Shown one piece after another: positions 59,355 through 64,000 of a stretch of 64,000 nt of DNA. The position numbers and the translations under genes were made by a program. Each line of letters starts with the position of its first letter. Position 1 is the first letter of the stretch. Source of the stretch: Clostridiales bacterium. GTDB lineage: Bacteria > Bacillota > Clostridia > Oscillospirales > Acutalibacteraceae. The notes under the pieces are model-generated. The model saw only the letters and a program-made list of their open reading frames with translations. It had not been told where the DNA came from and made no database searches. The stretch spans positions 484 to 64,483 of the forward strand of contig DXYF01000032.1 in assembly GCA_019415945.1 (NCBI GenBank), in the 5' to 3' direction.

Positions 59355-61079
59355 TTATTCCTCAGTAATTTCAATTCCTGTGCCCTCAAGACCTTTTTTT
59401 AAAACCTCAAGGGGGTCAGCAGTTTCTTTTTTGATTTCAACTTTTTTGTACGGACCGAGTTTATAAACTCTGCCGGTTGTTTCTTGAATAATTTTTCTTA
59501 TTTCCTCACGCCTTGAACCGTTTTTTAATAGTTCAAACGCCATCTCGTTACTTGTGTCAATCAGAAGATAACTGCCGCTGACATACGCTGTTGAGCCTGT
59601 AAAAGCCGCCGCAATAGCTCTTGAAATGGGCTTCATATTGCTTACAACCTCTGCCCATTGAGTAAACGCAACAGCATTTTTGTAAATCTCATCTACATTT
59701 ACAGATGCTTTTTCTGAATTTGGCACAGCCGCAGGTGTCTCAGCAGATACTTTTGGCGGCACAGGAGTCTGATACGATTTCACGGCAGAAGATTCATTTT
59801 GAGTGCTTTGCGTTTTTTGATTTTGTTGTTTTTCAGGTGAAGTAAATGCATTCTCACTCTCTGAATCATCTGTCAGAACCTTTTGAGGGTTATTCTCAAC
59901 AGACTGAGTTAACGAAACATTGGTTACGGATAATCCGTTTTTTACAGCCTTTTCAAGTGCTGTTATTCGCTTTGAAAGCGACTCAAATGTACTGTCAAGT
60001 TCGGGAGCAGACAATTTTACCATTGCCATTTCAAACTCTGTTCTGTCGCCTGTGCCCTTTCCCATACGCTGATACGAACGGGAAAGCACATCCATATAAT
60101 ATACAATATCTGCAATAGAAAGATAGTCACTTTGGATTTGTGCCTGCTGAAATTCGTCATCTCCCATAACAAGAATTTCCTGCGGATTTCTGACAGACTT
60201 AATCATCATTAACGCCCTGAAATGAGCGATCAGCTCGTCGCACAGCCTTGCCATATCCTTTGACTCAGCGTATAATCTATCAATTATATCAAGTGCTTTT
60301 GCAGTGTTTTTATTGATAACACAAGCCGCAAGGTCATAGAGATATGTCTTTTGTGCAAGACCTGCTGCACTTCGCACCGTATTCTCATCAATATCGGAAC
60401 TCATTGCAATACATCTGTCAAGCAGCGACAAGCCGTCACGCAACGCACCGTCAGCAACGGAAGCCATAAGCATTGCGGCAGAATCCGATAGGGTTACATT
60501 TTCCTGCTCTGCCACATACAACAGTCTGTCGGCAATTTTTCGCGGCGATATCCTATGAAAATCAAAGCGTTGACAGCGAGACAGTATGGTTTGAGGCAGC
60601 TTGTGCACCTCGGTTGTAGCAAGTATAAAAATAACATGCTTCGGAGGTTCTTCAAGCGTTTTAAGCAGAGCGTTAAAAGCCTCTGTGGTAAGCATATGAA
60701 CCTCATCGACTATATAAACTCTGTATTTGCATTTTGACGGCTTGAACTGGACCTCATCAATAATCTGACGAATATCATCAATTTTACGATTTGAGGCTGC
60801 GTCCATTTCAACAATATCAAGGATACTTCCGTTATCAATTCCCTGACATATCTCACATTTTCCGCACGGATTGCCGTTTTGAAGATCAAGACAATTAACT
60901 GCTTTAGCAAGAATTTTTGCACATGTGGTTTTACCGGTGCCTCTTGAGCCTGTAAAGAGATAAGCATGATTAATTCTCTGTGCTGAAAGCTCGTTTTTGA
61001 GAGTAGTTGTTATATGCTCCTGTCCTGCAACATCATCAAATGTCTGTGGACGCCACTTTCGATATAAAACCCTGTACAA
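59355..61079 (-). CDS. dnaX: DNA polymerase III subunit gamma/tau
   Basis: LYRKWRPQ, GSRGTGKT, DEVHML, SRC. Confidence 0.97.
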   Translation of the reverse strand: MYRVLYRKWRPQTFDDVAGQEHITTTLKNELSAQRINHAYLFTGSRGTGKTTCAKILAKAVNCLDLQNGNPCGKCEICQGIDNGSILDIVEMDAASNRKIDDIRQIIDEVQFKPSKCKYRVYIVDEVHMLTTEAFNALLKTLEEPPKHVIFILATTEVHKLPQTILSRCQRFDFHRISPRKIADRLLYVAEQENVTLSDSAAMLMASVADGALRDGLSLLDRCIAMSSDIDENTVRSAAGLAQKTYLYDLAACVINKNTAKALDIIDRLYAESKDMARLCDELIAHFRALMMIKSVRNPQEILVMGDDEFQQAQIQSDYLSIADIVYYMDVLSRSYQRMGKGTGDRTEFEMAMVKLSAPELDSTFESLSKRITALEKAVKNGLSVTNVSLTQSVENNPQKVLTDDSESENAFTSPEKQQNQKTQSTQNESSAVKSYQTPVPPKVSAETPAAVPNSEKASVNVDEIYKNAVAFTQWAEVVSNMKPISRAIAAAFTGSTAYVSGSYLLIDTSNEMAFELLKNGSRREEIRKIIQETTGRVYKLGPYKKVEIKKETADPLEVLKKGLEGTGIEITEE

Positions 61080-61142
61080 AAAATCACCTCCGCACTAACA
61101 AAAAATGCAAGCCGTCAGCCGAAAGAACGGCTGCATACAAAT

Positions 61143-61252
61143 AAGTAAGCGGCAGACTTACTGCATCGCATCGGAAATACTGCTTAATGCTGCTCGGTTC
61201 CCCGCCTGACATGGTTCACAGACCCCAATCGCACAGGGCCTGCCGCTCACTT
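61143..61252 (-). ncRNA. ffs: Signal recognition particle RNA (small type)
   Basis: Long hairpin AAGTGAGCGGCAGG...CTGCCGCTTACTT with helix-8 motif TCAGGCGGGGAACCGAGCAGC; upstream of dnaX. Confidence 0.88.
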
Positions 61253-61441
61253 AATTGCACGCTGTGACTTCTTGCAATTCGTCCGTATTATACCATACCA
61301 TACAAAAAAAATCAATAGTTATTTGTTAAATATTTAATACAGATACTCATTAAATTTTTTGATTTTTGGGAATAGATACAAAAAGCGTTGCAGTTTCCTG
61401 CAACGCAAATTTGTAAGTATTATGCTTATAAATAAGCTGAA

Positions 61442-62491
61442 TTATTCTTCTCTCTTCTTTCTTGCAAGGAAAGCAACTCCTGCTGCTGCAAGCATAAGAG
61501 CACCGAATACAAAGAATATTGTTGTTTCCTGACCTGACTGAACAGAACCCGAACCTGAACCTGAGCCTGAACCTGAGCTTGAACCTGAACCGCTGAGGTT
61601 AGTGCTTGTTCCGCCTGCTTCAACCTTTTCAAGAGCGTCTTTATCAACTTTTTTTCCGTCATTTGTAGGATCAGTGCATGATTCAAGAATCTTTTCGATA
61701 GCATCAATCTTAGTCTGATCGTCAGCAGCTCTCTGCTTTACAACACCCATTACATCAATGGGGCTGATCACAAGTTCATTGAGAAGATCCTGTGTAAGGT
61801 CTGTCTTTGCGGGATCATCATAATACTGCATGAGATAGTTAGCAAGAAGAGTTACATCTGACTCGCCCTCCGGGAAAGCAGAACCAACGATGTTACCTGT
61901 TGAAGTGATCTTTCTCTCAGGACCGCAGTCGGGGTTGTTTTCCCAAACTGCAACATTAGCCTTCTTAGCTGAATCTTCAGGGTTCTCAATCTGCTCACCG
62001 TTGCAATACATTGTATCGCCGATGCAAGCACCGCTCATGATTGCGTTGTATGTCTGCATACCGGTATTAGCACTGAAAATTACGCAATAGATCTTGCCAT
62101 CAGACTTACTGAACTCGTGACCTGTCTTTGAAAGATCATAAGTAGCAATACCTGTTTCCTTGTCGTATGTAGCAAGCTCTGCCTTTGTCTGCCACTCAGG
62201 CCAAGCTTCGCCGGATGATGTAGGAGTACCGTCTGCCTTCCAAATGTGGCAGTAAACAGTCTTTACATTACCCCATTTAGACTTTTCAACATCAAAGCTG
62301 ATTGTATTTCCTGCACCAACTTCTGATGAAGCACTGTCAGCACCAACCTCTGATGAACTATCTGCAGAAACAACTGCTGAATCCTCTGCAGCTACTGTTT
62401 CAACTTCAGCTTCAGCTGCACTTGCTGTTATTGCCGCTGTACCTGTGATCATTGCAGCAGCAACAAAAAGGCTTGCAATTTTCTTGAACAT
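61442..62491 (-). CDS. Secreted, cell-wall-anchored putative starch-binding protein (Sas20-like)
   Basis: Signal peptide, KTVYCHIW...WQTKAE...VIFS...CIGDT...ENPEDS...ITSTG domain, SG linker, VQSG + TM + RKKREE sorting signal. Confidence 0.65.
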   Translation of the reverse strand: MFKKIASLFVAAAMITGTAAITASAAEAEVETVAAEDSAVVSADSSSEVGADSASSEVGAGNTISFDVEKSKWGNVKTVYCHIWKADGTPTSSGEAWPEWQTKAELATYDKETGIATYDLSKTGHEFSKSDGKIYCVIFSANTGMQTYNAIMSGACIGDTMYCNGEQIENPEDSAKKANVAVWENNPDCGPERKITSTGNIVGSAFPEGESDVTLLANYLMQYYDDPAKTDLTQDLLNELVISPIDVMGVVKQRAADDQTKIDAIEKILESCTDPTNDGKKVDKDALEKVEAGGTSTNLSGSGSSSGSGSGSGSGSVQSGQETTIFFVFGALMLAAAGVAFLARKKREE

Positions 62492-62692
62492 TTTTAATCT
62501 CCTCCTAAATTGTTCGTGAAATCAAAGATATAATATATATCTCAGTAAGGCTATTATACAATAATTGCAAAAAAACTTCAATACCTTTAAATTAATTGTA
62601 ACACGGTTATTTGCACAATATTTCCCTTTGTAATTTGTACAACATAACTAAATTTAATTAGATTTTAACTAAATATATAATTATGTCATAAA

Positions 62693-64000
62693 TTATTTAA
62701 GCATTGAATATACTGTTTCTTTGACCGTTGAAAGAGCAAACTCTACTTTTTCGGGTTCCTTTGCACCTGCCATCGCCATATCGGGTTTGCCGCCGCCGTT
62801 GCCGCCTGCTGCCTGAGCTACTGCCTTTACAATTTTACCTGCATTTGCACCTAATGAAACAGCCTCTTTTCCGCAAGCCGCTGCAAATGTTACCTTGCCT
62901 TCGCTGACTGCACCCAAAACTATAACAACTTTCGGAGCATTTGCCTTGGCATTTTCACACATAGAACGAAGCACATCTGCATTTGCATTGTTTACTACGC
63001 CTGTCACAATTCTCACGCCGTTTTCAACCTCAGTACCTGCAAACAGCTCTGCAAGCTGTGCTGAGGCAAGCTTTGTATTCAGCTCATTTATTTCCTTTTG
63101 CTGAGCCTTAATGAGCATTTCTGCCTTTTGAACGCCCTCGACAACAGATTTGGGATTTGAAATCTTGAGAGCCGAGCAAACACCCATTATTACAGCATTT
63201 GCATTATTTATATAATTAAGTACGCCGTTTCCTGTGAGAGCTTCAATTCTCCTTACACCTGCTGCAACGGAGCCTTCCTGACGGATTTTAAACAATCCGA
63301 GATTTGAGGTATTTTTCGCATGTGTACCTCCGCAAAATTCAACGGAAAAGTCACCGGCACTTACAACTCGAACCACATCGCCGTATTTTTCACCAAACAG
63401 AGCCATTGCACCAAGCTTTTTAGCTTCTTCAATCGGCATTTCACGGGTATTTACATCAATAGCTTCGAAAATCTTTTGGTTTACAAGATTTTCTGCTTCA
63501 ATCAACTCTTTTGCACTCATAGCCTCAAAGTGGGTAAAGTCAAAACGCAGATATGAATCTGTTACAAGCTGACCTGCCTGCTGAACATGGTTGCCCAAGA
63601 CCTCACGCAGTGCCGACTGAAGCAAGTGAGCCGCAGTGTGATTTCTTGTAATATCCGAGCGACGCTTTGCATCAACACACGCCTTAACCTCTGTACCGAC
63701 CGAAAGACTGCCGCTTTTTACCGTACAGGCATGCAAAAAGATGTTGCCCGACACATCCTTTGTTGTGTCATCGACCTCAAGCGATACACCGGTGTTTTCC
63801 ATTACACCTGTATCGCCCACCTGTCCGCCGCTTTCAGCATAGAAAGGAGTTCTGTCAAGCACAACAACTGCACTTTCTCCCTCGCTTACACTATCCACAC
63901 GCTCGCCGTCCTTTACTATGGCAAGCACCTTTGAATTGCAGGAAAGATCGGAATATCCGACAAATTCGGTTTTTGCAATATCGGAAAGATCCGTTGTATC
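62693..64000 (-). CDS. alaS: Alanine-tRNA ligase, C-terminal part (5' end outside window)
   Basis: TPFYAESGGQVGD, NHTAAHLL, LRFDFTH, EFCGGTH, GVRRIEA, GGGKPDMAMAG. Confidence 0.97.
   Translation of the reverse strand, partial: DTTDLSDIAKTEFVGYSDLSCNSKVLAIVKDGERVDSVSEGESAVVVLDRTPFYAESGGQVGDTGVMENTGVSLEVDDTTKDVSGNIFLHACTVKSGSLSVGTEVKACVDAKRRSDITRNHTAAHLLQSALREVLGNHVQQAGQLVTDSYLRFDFTHFEAMSAKELIEAENLVNQKIFEAIDVNTREMPIEEAKKLGAMALFGEKYGDVVRVVSAGDFSVEFCGGTHAKNTSNLGLFKIRQEGSVAAGVRRIEALTGNGVLNYINNANAVIMGVCSALKISNPKSVVEGVQKAEMLIKAQQKEINELNTKLASAQLAELFAGTEVENGVRIVTGVVNNANADVLRSMCENAKANAPKVVIVLGAVSEGKVTFAAACGKEAVSLGANAGKIVKAVAQAAGGNGGGKPDMAMAGAKEPEKVEFALSTVKETVYSMLK

Noticed and set aside
61545..61595. 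6-bp tandem repeats as a phase-variation tract
   Set aside because: In-frame and degenerate; they encode an ordinary Ser-Gly linker.
1296..63934. Many short antisense or overlapping ORFs in the six-frame track
   Set aside because: They are shadows of well-supported genes, with no RBS or family motifs.

Overview
Chromosomal segment of a low-GC gut Firmicute, probably Oscillospiraceae/Ruminococcaceae-like (inferred from gene content and from the tmRNA and SRP sequences). The core backbone holds a MerR/CMD pair, a fructose PTS operon (fruR-fruK-fruA-ptsH-ptsI), tcdA, rnj-gdpP-rplI-dnaB-tilS-hpt-ftsH-uvrA, rnhA-iscS-iscU, a full type IV pilus cluster, csoR-copA, a GH13 enzyme, and alaS(part)-ffs-dnaX-ybaB-recR-smpB-ssrA. 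Five accessory regions stand out. (1) An AT-rich tyrosine recombinase gene sits between perfect 32-bp inverted repeats with an outward promoter inside (a likely self-inverting switch), next to an orphan holin/endolysin trio. (2) An unannotated structured ~88-bp element occurs twice. (3) A compact type II-C CRISPR-Cas9 locus (10 repeats, 9 spacers) has an extra degenerate repeat copy and a fold-back segment in its tracrRNA/cas9-leader region, suggesting RNA-level autoregulation. (4) A decayed island at the tmRNA 3' end carries a HipA/CtkA-like kinase, ParMR, an oriT-like site, and a truncated IS110 whose upstream non-coding end looks like a bridge RNA with guides matching its own insertion site in a ribosome-binding site. 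(5) A sortase-anchored protein resembles the Sas20 starch-binding protein. All family assignments come from motif recognition by eye; no database searches were run.
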